Below are positions 39,656 through 54,520 of a stretch of 64,000 bases of DNA, piece after piece. The notes below the pieces were generated by a model that was not told the origin of the DNA, did no database searches, and saw only the letters and a program-made list of their open reading frames with translations. Origin of the DNA: Octopus sinensis (Eukaryota); NCBI RefSeq assembly GCF_006345805.1, contig NC_043013.1, positions 47,554,001 through 47,618,000 on the forward strand. Reading direction: 5' to 3'. Position numbers and translations under genes: made by a program. The number at the start of each line of letters is the position of its first letter. Positions within the stretch are counted from its first letter, which is position 1.

Positions 39656-40404
39656 AGAGAGAGACATACACATATATACATGTACATATGTATGTTTGTG
39701 TATGTGAGGAAAGAAATAGGAGAAGATAGATTTAGACATATATTGGTTTATTCATCTCCTAATGCTATAAGCAACCAATGTTTTTTTCAAAAGGGACGTT
39801 AAAAATATATTGTTTTAAATTTTCATAAAGCTGAATATTTTTTTTTCTCCATAGCCAATATTACACAAAATACATGCAATATTCCAATGTGGAATCCTAG
39901 TCTTTAAGTTTGTTGATGATGTTCTTATACTTCCTAATCAATGCTTGTGTAGGTTACATTCTAATAATCGTATACAGCAGCAACTGAAAGGATTTGATAT
40001 GCTATTGTCGTAATTGTTGATTTTTAGCTCATGTTCCTACTGTTACGTTTTCACTATTATAATAGAAAACTATTCACTTTTTTAATGTATTATCTCTCTA
40101 AACTTGAATTAGTGTAAAACACTTCATCTACTTCAACGCACATTAGACAATTTAAATAATATTTTTTTAACCACAATGAATTTGGCAATCATTATATATT
40201 TGTTTGCTAAATCTCATAAATCTTGTTGTTTAGCCCTCTGTGATGTTTTTATGAAATATCAAACGCATATACTAACAGAATACTTTATATAATTTCTTTC
40301 CTTGTGTAAGTAATCATATAGATATTGTATTAATTTATTTCTTCCAAAAGACACATTATTCTTCATTTTTCTCCTTTGGTTGGAAAAATACTCAAAACTT
40401 ATAG

Positions 40405-40825
40405 TCGCAAGTGTAACTGTGTGGTAAGAAGCTTGCTTCCCAACGATATGGTTCCGGATTCAGTCCCACTGCTTGGTACTTTACTATAGCCTCGGGCCGA
40501 CCAAAACCTTACGAGTAAATTTGACAGACGGAAATTGAATGTAGCCGGTCGTATATAATAATGTATCCCTGTCTATGTGTGTGCGTCCGTGTGTCCGTGT
40601 GTCTGTGCTTGTCTCTCCTACCACCACCACCGCTTGATAACCGTGGTGGCGTCTTTACGTCCCGTAACTTAGCGGTTCAGCAAAAGAATCGTTAGAATAA
40701 ATGCCACGCTTAAAAGAATTCAAGTACTGGGGTCAATCCATTCGACTAGATATTCTCTAAGCTGGTGCCCCAGGATGGCCACAGGGAAATAACTGAAACA
40801 AGTAAATGACGAAAGGTAAAAGATA
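40405..40825 (+). mobile_element. SINE family B (diverged)
   Basis: gtgtggtaagaagcttgcttcc..ttcagtcccactgc..aactgaaacaagtaa. Confidence 0.82.
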
Positions 40826-41018
40826 TAGTGTTTGATGCTCCTTGTAAAATACTGTGCACGTTTCTTTTTTATTATTCATCGTCATTAAACGTTCGGCTTC
40901 GCATGGTCACGCAAGCCGAATGAATAACCGTATATTCTAACATTATATCATATTTTATAAATTCATATTTGAGAGCGTATATGCACGGAACGAACATCTG
41001 CATGTGCATATGCATATA

Positions 41019-41096
<78 letters not shown>

Positions 41097-41141
41097 TATA
41101 GATAGATAGATACATACATATATATATATATATATACATAT

Positions 41142-41181
<40 letters not shown>

Positions 41182-41189
41182 TATATAAT

Positions 41190-41231
<42 letters not shown>

Positions 41232-41271
41232 CATACATATATACATACATAATATATATATATAATAATAT

Positions 41272-41317
<46 letters not shown>

Positions 41318-42157
41318 CATACATACATACATATATATATATATATACATATATATATACATATATATATATACATATTCTCAAACATGTATTCAATTGC
41401 ATATATGATCCATACACACATGCACACAACTGAGTGCGTGCGTGCGTGCGTGTGTTTGTGTGTCTTACTGTGACTTCAAGTTTCGCCTTTCGAGGCTTAT
41501 CAAACAATTTCTAGTTATGCATGCAAGAAATTTTCAATAAACACTATGGAGATGGGGGCGGAAATTTTTTTCTTGAAATAATATTAAAACTCTAATATAT
41601 CTTATTGAAAATTTTCAGGTTTTCAATATCTACAGACTCTGTGTTTTGATAACTCATTGATTAAACAGCGAGAGGCGAAACTGGAAACCACAATCAATCT
41701 TTGTATATTTGATTTTACTAAGACTATTGAGTTTTTATTTCTTTATCATTTAACAACAATATCAAGAATGTGTGCGTGTATGTGTGTGTGTGTGTGTGTG
41801 TGTGAATGTATGTAAATAGCGATTACTTAGTACTGATATGTTTATTTAAATAAGATTATGCACACACACACACACATATATATATTAATATTTAGTAAAA
41901 GCAACAGCGTGGCTCAAGTGCCGCGAGTTTAGTGCGTTAACATTTATCAAACCTATATATATATCTATATCTATCTATCTATCTTTATATATATATATAG
42001 GTATTAAAAATGCGCTGGTGCTGAAGATCACACACAGACGCACGCAGTTACAAGCACACGCACTAGAACGCACATGCACACACACACACACTTACATACA
42101 CGCACACACGCTTACATATAGCTGATATGGGGGAAAAGACTTATCTCAAATAGCTAC

Positions 42158-42382
42158 TTATTTCTTTAGTACCCACAAGGGGCTAAACACAGAGGGGACA
42201 AACAAGGACAGACAAACGGATTAAGTCGATTACATCGACCCCAGTGCGTAACTGGTACTTAATTTATCGACCCCGAAAGGATGAAAGGCAAAGTCGACAT
42301 CGGCGGAATTTGAACTCAGAACGTAACGGCAGACGAAATACGGCTACGCATTTCGCCCGGCGTGCTAACGTTTCTGCCAGCT
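42158..42382 (-). mobile_element. SINE family A, young near-full-length copy
   Basis: Near-identical to 6308-6538; agctact at both flanks. Confidence 0.93.
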
Positions 42383-42493
42383 ACTACATCCTGACCTCCT
42401 ACCAACGATATAACCAGTAAACGCGTAAAGCAAAAGAATATAAATATTATTACAGGTTTATTTCATAAATATCGTTAATATTACTGGACCCAT

Positions 42494-42972
42494 TGGGCGG
42501 CTTTTCCTCTATCTTTAACGTTCTCAGTTCAAATTTCGCCGATGTCATCTCTGCTTTTCATCGTTTCGGGTTCGATAAAATAAATACTAGTCAAGAACTG
42601 GGTCGATGTAATCAGCTTAGCCCCTGCCTGAAATTGCTGGCCTTGAGCGAACATTTGAAGCAAATATTACTGGACCCATAAAAACGGTGAGCTGGAAGAA
42701 TCGTCGGCGTATCGGGCAAAATGCTTAGCGGCATTTCACCCGTCTTTTTGTTCTGAGTTCAAGTTCCTTCGAGATCAACTTTGCTTTTCATCCATTCTGA
42801 GTCGATATAATGTTATGTTTATTTAAATAAGATTATGCACACAGACACCCACACACACGTACACACACACAAACATACGCATACACACTCATATATTTTA
42901 GTATTTAGCAAATGCAACAGAGTGGCTCATGTACACCAAATTTCGGGCCTTGGACCTATAGTTGAAAGGAGG
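42494..42972 (+). mobile_element. Two serial older SINE A copies
   Basis: Central domain and tails recognisable; separated and flanked by ttactggaccc-like duplications. Confidence 0.7.
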
Positions 42973-43105
42973 AGTATTGGACCCGTAAATCATCTGTTTA
43001 AATTTGTGTGAATATAGCATCACTCTGGTACACAATGAACAACATTAAATTTTATAAGCGATAACTAAGATTGCTGTGGATATTATATATATGATATACA
43101 TGTTA

Positions 43106-43529
43106 GGCACAGGAGTGACTGTGTGGTAAGTAGCTTGTTTACCAACCACATGGTTCCGGGTTCAGTCCCACTGCGTGGCACAGTGGGCAAGTGTCTTCTA
43201 CTATAGCCTCGGGCCGACCAAAGCCTTGTGAGTGCATTTGGTAGACGGAAACTGAAAGAAGCCCGTCGTATATATGTATATATATATATGTGTGTGTGCG
43301 TGTATGTTTGTGTGTCTGTGTTTGTCCCCCTAGCATTGCTTGACAACCGATGCTGGTGTGTTTATGTCCCCGTCACTTAGCGGTTCGGCAAAAGAGACCG
43401 ATAGAATAAGTACTGGGCTTACAAAGAATAAGTCTCGGGGTCGAGTTGCTCGACTAAAGGCGGTGCTCCAGTATAGCCGCAGTCAAATGACTGAAACAAG
43501 TAAAAGAGTAAAAGAGTAAAGAGAGAGAG
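43106..43529 (+). mobile_element. SINE family B, full length
   Basis: Complete family pattern. Confidence 0.93.
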
Positions 43530-44018
43530 TTACAATTGAAGGATAAGTTAAAAGTAAGCCAGAGGCTAATGGAATATCTCAGAAATTATTTCTCTAGTGT
43601 ATATCACATAAAAATATACACTGTGAAAATGTACTTAAACGCATAGAAAAGTTTTATGCACGTAGAAAATCGTATATTTGGCGAAGGTATTTCGACCAAA
43701 TTCTTACAAGAAACCATAGAAGTACACACCGACAGCTCAGTAGTATTTAGAGAAGACAAAACAGAATATTTCTTATCCGCAAGCGCACATTCTGGGACTA
43801 GAAAATAAAATAAACTGATTAATAGAGCAATTGTGAGAGGAATTATGAGAAGCAGCAGTTGAGATAAGGTGAATCCAGAAACAAACCATGTTTTCTTGTG
43901 AATAATTCCTTAGCAATTTCCATCGACAAAACAAATGAAATTAAGGTTTGTAACTGACATTTGCAGTACGATAAGATCAGCCATTTATTTTTAGATCTCT
44001 CTTTCTTTCTCTGCCTAA

Positions 44019-44054
<36 letters not shown>

Positions 44055-44365
44055 TATATATACACATATATATATATATATGTATGTATATATATGCATA
44101 TATATAAACATATACATATACATATATATATGTATATATATATATACATAACTATATATATATATACATATATATACTTATATAACCAATATACAAGTAT
44201 ATACCTATATGTACATATATATATATATATATATTCACATACAGACACATATATATGTATGTATATTCGTATGTATATATATTTATATATATACATATCT
44301 ATGTGTGAGTGTGTATATACGTGTGCGCGTGTATATATGTGCGTGCATATATATATATATACGTG

Positions 44366-44430
<65 letters not shown>

Positions 44431-45449
44431 CTGTATTAACATATATACATGTCTATTATACATGCATATACGTATATACGTATGATAAACACTCGGTTGC
44501 GAAAACAATTTTTTACTTAACAATTTAACTACACAAATTATTGACAAGATTTCTTTACAATAGCTGCAATGCCTCTCACTTGCCTCTGAAAGACATTTCA
44601 AATGATAGATATACTTTTGTCTTCTGTTTTTTTCTTTCCTTGCAATTTTCGTTTTTCTTCTGTAAAACATACTGCATGCATGACAAACTAATTGAAAAGA
44701 CTATGTGCTTTTAAGAGAACTCAATTTAATTCATATATTTTCTATTTGAGTGTCTTTTTTTCCTTTCTTTCTTATCTGATGTAATAAAACCGTCATTCAA
44801 CTGAGACGGCACTTGAATTAGTTGATGTCTATGATAGCGGTGCAAAAGTCTCAAAATGAAAAGAAAGAAAAAATTAAGTAAATCAAGAGCTAAATCGAAT
44901 GTTTTAACAGTCAATTCACCAAAATATACAGAATCCACTCAATTTCTCTTTGTTCTTTCATGTATGTTATGTTCGTTTTAGAAGCTTTTAAAAATAAGAA
45001 GATGCGTTTATATATCTGATTCTAGAAAATAGGTAAAATAAAAGTTATTAATGGAAATAACTTTGGAAACAATATATAAATAAAAGGACGAGCGGAAGAA
45101 AAAAAAAGAGCTTTGGAGGAAAGGGAAGAAATATACAGCAATCCAATCGTATATTTGTTGTTGAATAAAATAAAATAATGTCCTAATTCGAAAGATAGAC
45201 CAGTTAGCAGAGGCATCGAGTCTCTGCTAAGGCGGCCATGTCCCCAAAGGCACTCTTTAAACGTTTTAAAGACATGCAGCATTCTATTAAGAAAATCTCC
45301 CAAATGTTACACACATTTTTTTTTTGTTATATTCGTCGATGCATTTGGGTTACATGTGATATATTTGTACGTGTATGTGTGTGTGTGTGTTTGTGTTGCA
45401 GTTTGAACGTACGTACACGCACACAAATACATACATACATAAATGCATA

Positions 45450-45492
<43 letters not shown>

Positions 45493-45628
45493 CATATATA
45501 TATATATATACATATAATATATATACAATATATATATATATATATATATATATACTATATATATATATATATATATATATAACATATATATATATATATA
45601 TACATATATATACATATATATATATATA

Positions 45629-45681
<53 letters not shown>

Positions 45682-46651
45682 CACACACATATATATATGT
45701 GCATATGCATATACACGTATATGTATGTGTATGTATTTAAATATATGTATGTATATATATTCACATGTTTGTTTATATATATATATATATATATATAATA
45801 TATTTATGTATATATATTTATATATATGTATATATATATGTATGTAGGTATGTGTGCATGTGTGTGCGTATGTGTGTGTACGTATATGTACAAGTTTCAA
45901 GGTAAAGATACATTTTATGCATTTATTTATAGATGTATAATTGAGCTTGAACATAAGTGTACAAATGCAATACACTTGTATAAATATTAATATTGGACAC
46001 CCATACACTCACCATACATACACAATCACACGCACGTATGCACAACGACATATACGCAAAGTAAGTGTTTATATACATACATATATATATTTATAGGACC
46101 GTACATATGTTTGTGCGTATACACACATAGATGCATGCATACATACATACATACATGCATACATACACACACACATACATAGAAGGATGTATGTATATTT
46201 GTATGTGTTTGTAATTTCACACACTTATCTTCTTTATAAACATTTGCTCATAGAATTGTGTTTGTTGTTTGTATTGTTATCGCTTTTCTTTACTGAGTTG
46301 TTTTTGCTGCAGATAAAAGCCAGCATCATTTAAGTCGATAAATGTGTTCACGTTATTTTCTTTTAAATTAGTAACGCATTATTTTTGTTAATTTCAATTA
46401 TTTTATTTTCATCAGAGTTAGCATCAACATTTTCTTGTTCCTGAAGAAAGCCATTAAACTCTGTTTTCTATGTACAATTAAATACAAAACTGGCAATGAA
46501 TCTTTAAAAATTTATGATAGGATGCGTGGTGTAGAAGTCAGTAAAATTATCGGAGCTGTGGAATTCTGAGAAGAATTTCTTTAATATTTATGGGGAGAAA
46601 ATTATAATGTTACCAAATGTGCAAAGGAGTCTAGTTTAAAGGTAATTTACA

Positions 46652-46814
46652 GGCGCAGGCGTGGCTGTGTCGTCAGAAGCTAGCTTCCCACTCGAATATT
46701 CCTTGACTCAAACCCGCTAGGCGGCACATTGGGTGACTTCTACCAAAGTGGATTTGGTAGAAGGGAACTGAAAATAGCCCATCGCATATATAAATACATA
46801 CATACATACATACT

Positions 46815-46874
<60 letters not shown>

Positions 46875-47255
46875 GGATAATAATGATAACAATAATCGAT
46901 GGAGGAAACAGAAAATGGATTTGGTATTAGTCTTATATAGAAATATATATGTATGTATGTAAGTATGTATGTATGTATGTATGTATGTATGTGTGTATGT
47001 ATGTGTGTATGTATGAGTGTGTGTGCGTAGGTGTGTGTGTGTGAGTTTGTCCTCCACCGCCGTTTGACAGCTGGTGTTGGTTTGTTTACATCCCCGTAAA
47101 TTTAGTTGTTCGGCAAGAAGAGACCTTTAGAATAAGTACCTGGCTTTAATAAAAAAAATAAGTACTGGAGCTGATTTATTTGACTAAAAGTTTTTCAAGG
47201 TGGTGTTCCAGCATGGCCGCAGTCCAATGACTGAATCTGATAACAGACAAAAGAA
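46652..47255 (+). mobile_element. Diverged SINE B with expanded internal (TAA)n/(TATG)n
   Basis: ggcgcaggcgtggctgtg head; ccagcatggccgcagtccaatgactga tail. Confidence 0.75.
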
Positions 47256-47414
47256 GAGATTCTGTCGGGCCCAGTCATTTACTTCCCTTTGTTTTGTTTT
47301 TTTATGTACTCGTTGAATATCAATCTCCGAGTGATATACGCCATAGTTTATAAGTACTGCTTTGGTTCATAAACTATGTCTTTAACTGTGTGTAAAGTGT
47401 TCAGCGAGCAAGTG

Positions 47415-47781
47415 CCGTATATACTCGGCTCTTTTTTTCCCTTAAAATTAAAAAAAGATCTTCAGATATTTTCTACATACGATCCATGTCTGAAGTTCCA
47501 ACACTTGGAATAACCGAAAAGAATAAAATTTTACATTATAAACAACGGTTTCTAAAATGCATGAACTTAATGGGATAACAATTGTTGTAGGTCATCTTCA
47601 CCTTACTGAAAGCTCGGTTACCGAATAATTACGTCCGCGATTCGTAATCGAACTTTGCTCTCCAGCATCAAAAAATTCGCTGCGATTTATAGTCGGGTCA
47701 ATAATAAAATTCCCGATTTGAAGCTTGTAAGTCGGGGTCGCGTCTTATAGGCGAGGACGTTTTATAATCGAGTATATGCGA
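47415..47781. mobile_element. MITE with ccgtatatactcg TIRs (pogo/Tc2-like)
   Basis: ccgtatatactcg (47415-47427) and cgagtatatgcga (47769-47781) followed by TA; subterminal cttataggcgag/ttataatcgag repeats. Confidence 0.55.
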
Positions 47782-48219
47782 TATTTTATTAAATTGACGC
47801 GATGAATAAAGACAAACTATTACGCATTATTTAGATACATCCGTTTACAATCAGCTGTCAAACCTCCACTGATGTCGACTATGCCCTTTCACACTTCTAG
47901 TTTAGGTAAAATAAGTGCCAATCAAATGTTAAGAGAGATACACATGACTGTTCACTTCCTGCTAAAGTTTTTTAACTTCTATCAATCTTAAGAATTATCT
48001 CTGAGGTTGTCTTTGGAGGATGTGGAATAGTTAGAATGTAATATCTATTGAGTAGTTGTTTCTGGTGTTACTTTAGTGATTCGCCTGTTTATTATGCAGA
48101 ATAGGTGCAATAAGAACTGTGCAATTTTGTTAGTAGGTAATCATGCAGAATATCACTCGTACGAGATGTCTTCTTAGAATGGTTGTTATTCTACACTGGT
48201 ATGATATTGTATTATACTA

Positions 48220-48605
48220 GGCGCGGGTGTAGCTGTGTAGTAAGAAGTTGGTTTCCGAACCGCATGGTTCCGGGTTCAGTCGCACCGCGTAGCAACTTCA
48301 GCAGGTGTCTTCTAGTATAACCTTGGGCTGACCGCTGGCTTGTGAGTGAATTTGAAAGACGGGAAATGAAAGAAGCCAGTCGTGTATATGCCGTCTGTCT
48401 GTCTTTGTCCCTCAGCATCGCTTGACAACCGGTGTTTGTGTGTTCACGTCCCGTAACATAGCAGTTCGGCGAAAGACGCCGATAGAATAACTACTAGGCT
48501 TTAAGAAAAATAAGCATAGGGTTCGATTCGTTCGACCTAAATTCTTCAAGGCGGCGACCCAACATGGCTGCAGTCCAATGACGGAAACCAGTAAATCATA
48601 AAAGA
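48220..48605 (+). mobile_element. Diverged SINE family B
   Basis: Head, ggttccgggttcagtc, ttgacaaccggtg, tail. Confidence 0.8.
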
Positions 48606-49038
48606 TCCTAATTCGAGATGATAATACGGAGTTATTTTTGCCAGTGCACGGAAAGTGTCTTACATAAAATGCTTCGTCTAGTAAGGAATTTTTCTTATGT
48701 CTGTGTTTGTTTCTGTGTGTTTCTGTTTGTGCTTGTTTGATCCCTTATACATTCTTATACTTATATTTAGGTCCTTTTTATTTATGATACCGAGAACATC
48801 GGTTATTACTGATACCATTTTCAGTTTCATAGACCACGTGATACGTATTTCTATTTCAAGATCTCTTCTCTTTATTTTGAAGAGTGTGAGAAGATCTGTG
48901 GGGTTCAGATCCTCTCACAATGTTTAACATAAATAGAAGTCCTGGGTTTTATAACAGACATTAATGAAATGACCGTAGAAATAATCCCTTTAACAGCGCC
49001 CCTTTTTATTGTAATATACAATGTACTTAAAAGTATAT

Positions 49039-49966
49039 TCTTTTCTACTCTAGGCGCATGGCCCGAAATTTTTGGGGAGGGGACAAGTTGATTAGATTGA
49101 CCCCCAGTATGCAAATGGTACTTAATTTATCGACCCCGAAAGAATGAAAGGCAAAGTCGACCTCGGCGGAATTTGAACTCAGAACGTAAAGACAGACGAA
49201 ATACCTATTTCTTTACTACCCACAAGGGGCTAACACAGAGAGGACAAACAAGGACAGACAAACGGATTAAGTCGATTATATCGACCACAGTGCGTAACTG
49301 GTATTTAGTTTATCGACCCCGAAAGAATGAAAGGCAAAGTCGACCTCGGCGGAATTTGAACTCAGAACGTAAAGACAACGAAATACCTATTTCTTTACTA
49401 CCCACAAGGGGCTAAACACAGAGAGGACAAACAAGGACAGACAAACGGATTAAGTCGATTATATCGACCACAGTGCGTAACTGGTATTTAGTTTATCGAC
49501 CCCGAAAGGATGAAAGGCAAAGTCGACCTCGGCGGAATTTGAACTCAGAACGTAAAGACAGACGAAATACCTATTTCTTTACTACCCACAAGGGGCTAAA
49601 CACAGAGAGGACAAACAAGGACAGACAAACGGATTAAGTCGATTATATCGACCACAGTGCGTAACTGGTATTTAGTTTATCGACCCCGAAAGGATGAAAG
49701 GCAAAGTCGACCTCGGCGGAATTTGAACTCAGAACGTAAAGACAGACGAAATACCTATTTCTTTACTACCCACAAGGGGCTAAACACAGAGAGGACAAAC
49801 AAGGACAGACAAACGGATTAAGTCGATTATATCGACCACAGTGCGTAACTGGTATTTAGTTTATCGACCCCGAAAGGATGAAAGGCAAAGTCGACCTCGG
49901 CGGAATTTGAACTCAGAACGTAAAGACAGACGAAATACCTATTTCTTTACTACCCACAAGGGGCTA
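49039..49966 (-). mobile_element. Tandem array of head-less SINE A units (4 x 182-184 bp plus partial) joined to one unit with a different tail
   Basis: Unit boundaries 49205, 49387, 49571, 49755, 49939; shared private variants cgaccacagtg and ggtatttagttt. Confidence 0.95.
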
Positions 49967-51219
49967 GTATGAATCTGATAGTTAGCTAATGTTATACCAT
50001 GGTTATATTGTGTAGCAGCAGCACGATACGAACTGATGACAATCGTTTTCTTTAGAAGAATAAGGAGCTTTTCAATTTTGATTAATAAGTTATAAACAAA
50101 TTAAAAGGCACAATGAAAAACAAAGTTTAAACACTGCTAATTATTTGTAATACTGAATGCTGGCTAGCAATAATGGGAGTCAATGTATGGCCTCCATACG
50201 AAACCTCTCTCCCTCAGCATGCCAAGATTTCGAATATTCATTTTGAGATATGGGGATTCCTGCTAACCAACACATTTGTTTCTTAAATATCGACAATGCA
50301 ATTAATGTAAATATACATACACAACACCTTATGTTAGTTACATTTTCATAGAATATAGAATTTATGCATAGGATACCACTGTTAAAAAGATCCTGATTCA
50401 TACCCCCTTTGGTTCCTCTAGCTAATCCAGATAGCAGGCGAACAGCCTCAAATGTGACTCACCGATAGAACAACGCTATAGTAAGAAACTGGTAAGTTTT
50501 GAAAGCTTGTGTCCTCAGATACAAGCCTGTTACGTGGATATGTGTCGGAAGTTCGTTATGCTACTCTGAAAGCGGAATAATTACGCTGTCGTTGTATTGT
50601 TGTTTGGTTGTCAGTCAGCCTTGATGCATCAGGTGTATGATCAAAGGACATTTCAGACCATCCAGATTGTATGTTAGGTCTACACTAACCAATGTGTTCT
50701 TCTTTAAATATTGCGGAAGTGTGATTGCTATTTCTAATAATGAAATGACTACTTAGAGGCTTCTTCATTAGAAATTGCCTTCGTCTGACGACGGTGAATG
50801 AATTGGGTTTTGAGTTCACATTTCACCAGAGCCGATAAAATAAACATCAAACAAATACTGAATCTATAACTGCCTAGACTTTACAGCACAATACATTTAT
50901 TAATATGTACTTCGTCGAGGTATATAATAAAAAACCAGTTGAGTATTGAGGTAGATGGAATCGACTTTACCGTCTCCCAGAAATTGCTGGCCTTGTGCCA
51001 AACTTTGAAAACAATATGTACTTACTTCAGGGCTATTCAATTGATATTTTGCAAGGACATCTAATTGAAGTTGATAGCAAAATAAAATTAGCATTATACG
51101 CAACTCATGTATGTAGCCGTCCACCTATAACAATTGTATTTTGTTACTACGTAGAAATCATTCCCAAATAACAAGCTTTAAATTAGAAGCAAGGCAAAGG
51201 TTTTCATTTTCAGGGGAAG

Positions 51220-51385
51220 GGGTCAGTCGATTACATCAACCCCAGTGCCCTCTTTTAACATCGAAAAGATAAAAAGGCAAAGTCGACCCGGGTGTAATTT
51301 GAGCTCAAAGCGTAAAGACGGACAAAATGCCACAAAGCATTTTGCCCTGCATGCTAACGACTCTGCCAGCCAGCCCACCGCCTTC
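51220..51385 (-). mobile_element. Diverged SINE A
   Basis: gtcgattacatcaaccccagt..ggcaaagtcgacc..tgctaacgactctgccagc. Confidence 0.75.
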
Positions 51386-52852
51386 AGGCGCACATACTTA
51401 TAAACGCAATTCTCATTCATTCACCGTTGGCTTGTTTTCTTTTTCTATCCATTTCTCTTCTTGACATACTTTCGCATGACAATTCTTTACATCAGGTTGA
51501 TTGAAGATAAATGCAGCATATGAACTTGAGTGTTAAAACCTAGAATTACCTACATTATGAAATAAACTATACATTTATGAGGTACGCATCACATTGTGTT
51601 TATGAAACGAACTGATAGCAGTTTGATCAGACTTTTCATCGCTCGAAATGTTAGGTTTTTCAAATTTCAAAACTATTTCAAATATTAGCCAACAAGTACT
51701 TCATTGCATTTTTCATTTAATTTTAAATTCACACTAACAATGTTTATTGACAGAAGTTCTTTTCTATGAACTTAAAAACCAAACAAACAAAACAGCATTG
51801 ACAGTTGTTTGTGTGTTTCCATTGTAAAACATCTACAATACAAAGGAAAACAAAGCAGAAAAGATAAAGTCAAATAAAACGAAATAATTCTTAATGTGAT
51901 ATTTTTAGGTAATTTTTTATTATTTTATCTCTATTCATGTGATGTTTAAATATGACCGCTTAATGTTTTTAATTTGTATGTTTTTAGTTTATATTCAACA
52001 TACTTTCTGATGTGTACAAGCGCTTCATATATTTTATTACACAAACTTATTAAATTTGTGCATACCCTACGGCAGTATTTTTTGCACTTATTTTTATATA
52101 CGTCATGGAACATTTCTGCAGCTTTCAGGAAATTTGGATATTTTATTTTTTATTTCTTTTTCTCTATTCTTCTTTTTTTTTTTGCATATCTAACAGTCTG
52201 GCGCTTGAAATATATTCAATAGAAATACTTTATATATTTAACTGTAGTGATATATATTATAATATTTGGATTCCGAGAAAAAGATAGGTGGAAATAGAAA
52301 TAAATACACTCTCAAACCAGTTAAAAATAAATTTTGTACTTTTATTGTTGTCTTTTTCCCTTTTCCATGGTATATTCTCTTCAAAATTTCGGGACGTATG
52401 AAATGAGTCATAATTTTTGTGAAATCAACTGTTCGTTCAGTAAGAAACGGTTGTTAAGAGGGTGTTTTTTAACACTCCTTTGTGTTGCCCCCCAATGATA
52501 TCTTTCTTCAAAGTTTCATTATTTACACAGCGGCCTATATGTTGGAGGCGGTTTTTCAACGTACAACAAACAATGCCGCCTAAGGGTCTGTCTATACACC
52601 GTACATTGTATACCAGAGAATCTTGGCATCGTTAGTCGAAATATAACCCTCAGGGAAACAATAATTCTCCTAATTTTTATGTTCTTCATAAATGTCTTTT
52701 TTTTAAACTTTTATATCAATCTGATCAAAGAATATACATAAACAGGCACATACAAACATACAAGTATACACACACACACACACGAATATGAATGAATACC
52801 TACAAAAACTGTCTATATATATGCATACATGGGGACCATGAGCGTTGTTTTG

Positions 52853-52911
<59 letters not shown>

Positions 52912-52931
52912 GTATGTATGTATATATATAT

Positions 52932-53050
<119 letters not shown>

Positions 53051-53844
53051 AATATATACTTAAATGTGTATATTATACATAAGTGTGCATGAGTAGATAC
53101 GTATATATACTTGTACGTTTGTATATATGCATGTACTTAAGTAAGGAATTGAATGTGTATCCACGTGATGTAGAGCGTTGGTATATTTTTACAGATAAAT
53201 ACAGAAAGAGTAAAAGACACGTGAGTGTGAATGAGATGAAAGGGAAAATAAGAATATATTGAGGGAGAAGAAAAGAGTTAGTGAGGGCGAGGGAAGAAAA
53301 CCACAGACAATGTGAGGAAATGAAAAAAGGAAGGTAGAAATATAGATTAAAAAATGAAAAGGATACGTTAGAAAGATGCGAAAATGAAGATAAGAAGAAA
53401 GATGGGGTGTGATAACGAAGATAGAGAGAAACATAGGAAGGAGCGAGTGAAAGGAGAGAGAGAGAGTGTATTTAGAAATGAGAGATTTAGAATGGGTGAA
53501 GAGAGAAAGAAGAGAATTCGGTGGAGAAGTAGAGGAGGAGAGGGTAATAGAGGAGTTTGTAGGAAGAGGAAATACAGCAATAGAATGAAGGGGAAGAGCG
53601 GAAGGCGGAAAGAGAGAGAGAGAGAGACTGAGATACGACGAAAGGAAATAAGAGAATGCTGGAAGTAAGGAGAGAATGAGAGAAAACGAATAAGAGATTG
53701 AAAGACTAAAGCGAATAAAAGAACTAGTGAAAACTAGAAAATAAAATGGTGAGCCAGAGAGAGAAAGAGAGGAGGAGAGAGAGAGGGAGGGAGGGAGAAG
53801 ACAAAATAGTCACAGTAAAATAGAGATGTCGAACAGAATAGACA

Positions 53845-53877
53845 GATAGGTAGATAGATAGGTAGAAAGATAGATAA

Positions 53878-53913
<36 letters not shown>

Positions 53914-53916
53914 GTG

Positions 53917-54012
<96 letters not shown>
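53845..54012. repeat. (GATA)n microsatellite (another at ~16043-16120)
   Basis: Directly visible. Confidence 0.97.
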
Positions 54013-54014
<2 letters not shown>

Positions 54015-54172
54015 GGGGTGGACACAGATTGGCGTATTGTTAGCAATGGGGTGAGATAGATGGCTGAAAAGGTACAAATATATACTCAGAGCACTTTCTC
54101 ATATTTTAGCTATCTATTTATCACTCTGTATGTATTTATATATACATTTATACATACTTTTATACATACGTG

Positions 54173-54228
<56 letters not shown>

Positions 54229-54238
<10 letters not shown>

Positions 54239-54435
54239 AATTAAGGACTGAACACGAAAAGTGGACAGTCAACATGCTAGATATAGACGTCAAATCGCCA
54301 TTCACCACAAAAGATTATGTTCTCGTGTTGAGTTTGATCTGAGAACATAATCTTTTGTGTGAATGGCGATTTGACGTCTATATCTAGCATGTTGACTGTC
54401 CACTTTTCGTGTTCAGTCCTTAATTGGTATATATA
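54229..54435. repeat. Near-perfect fold-back inverted repeat, ~95-bp arms, 16-nt spacer
   Basis: 54229-54324 versus 54341-54435, a single 1-nt indel; starts in (TA)n. Confidence 0.96.
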
Positions 54436-54520
54436 AATATTTTAATCTTCGGATTCTTTTTTAATATGCTAGACCACTGGTCTTAATTGATAAATATCAA
54501 TTTCTACCCTTAATTAATTT

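Noticed and set aside
39430-45840. Phase shifts (taat/ttat) in long (TA)n tracts as a possible code
   Set aside because: Explained by slippage or long-read indel error; no consistent periodicity
46436-46505. CTGAAGA..gcca/tggc..GAAT hammerhead vestige
   Set aside because: The GAAA box is mutated and there is no helix I or III
49039-49966. CRISPR-like regular array (also 16660-17249)
   Set aside because: Whole 184-bp units repeat with no unique spacers, the unit is a SINE, the context is eukaryotic, and there are no cas genes
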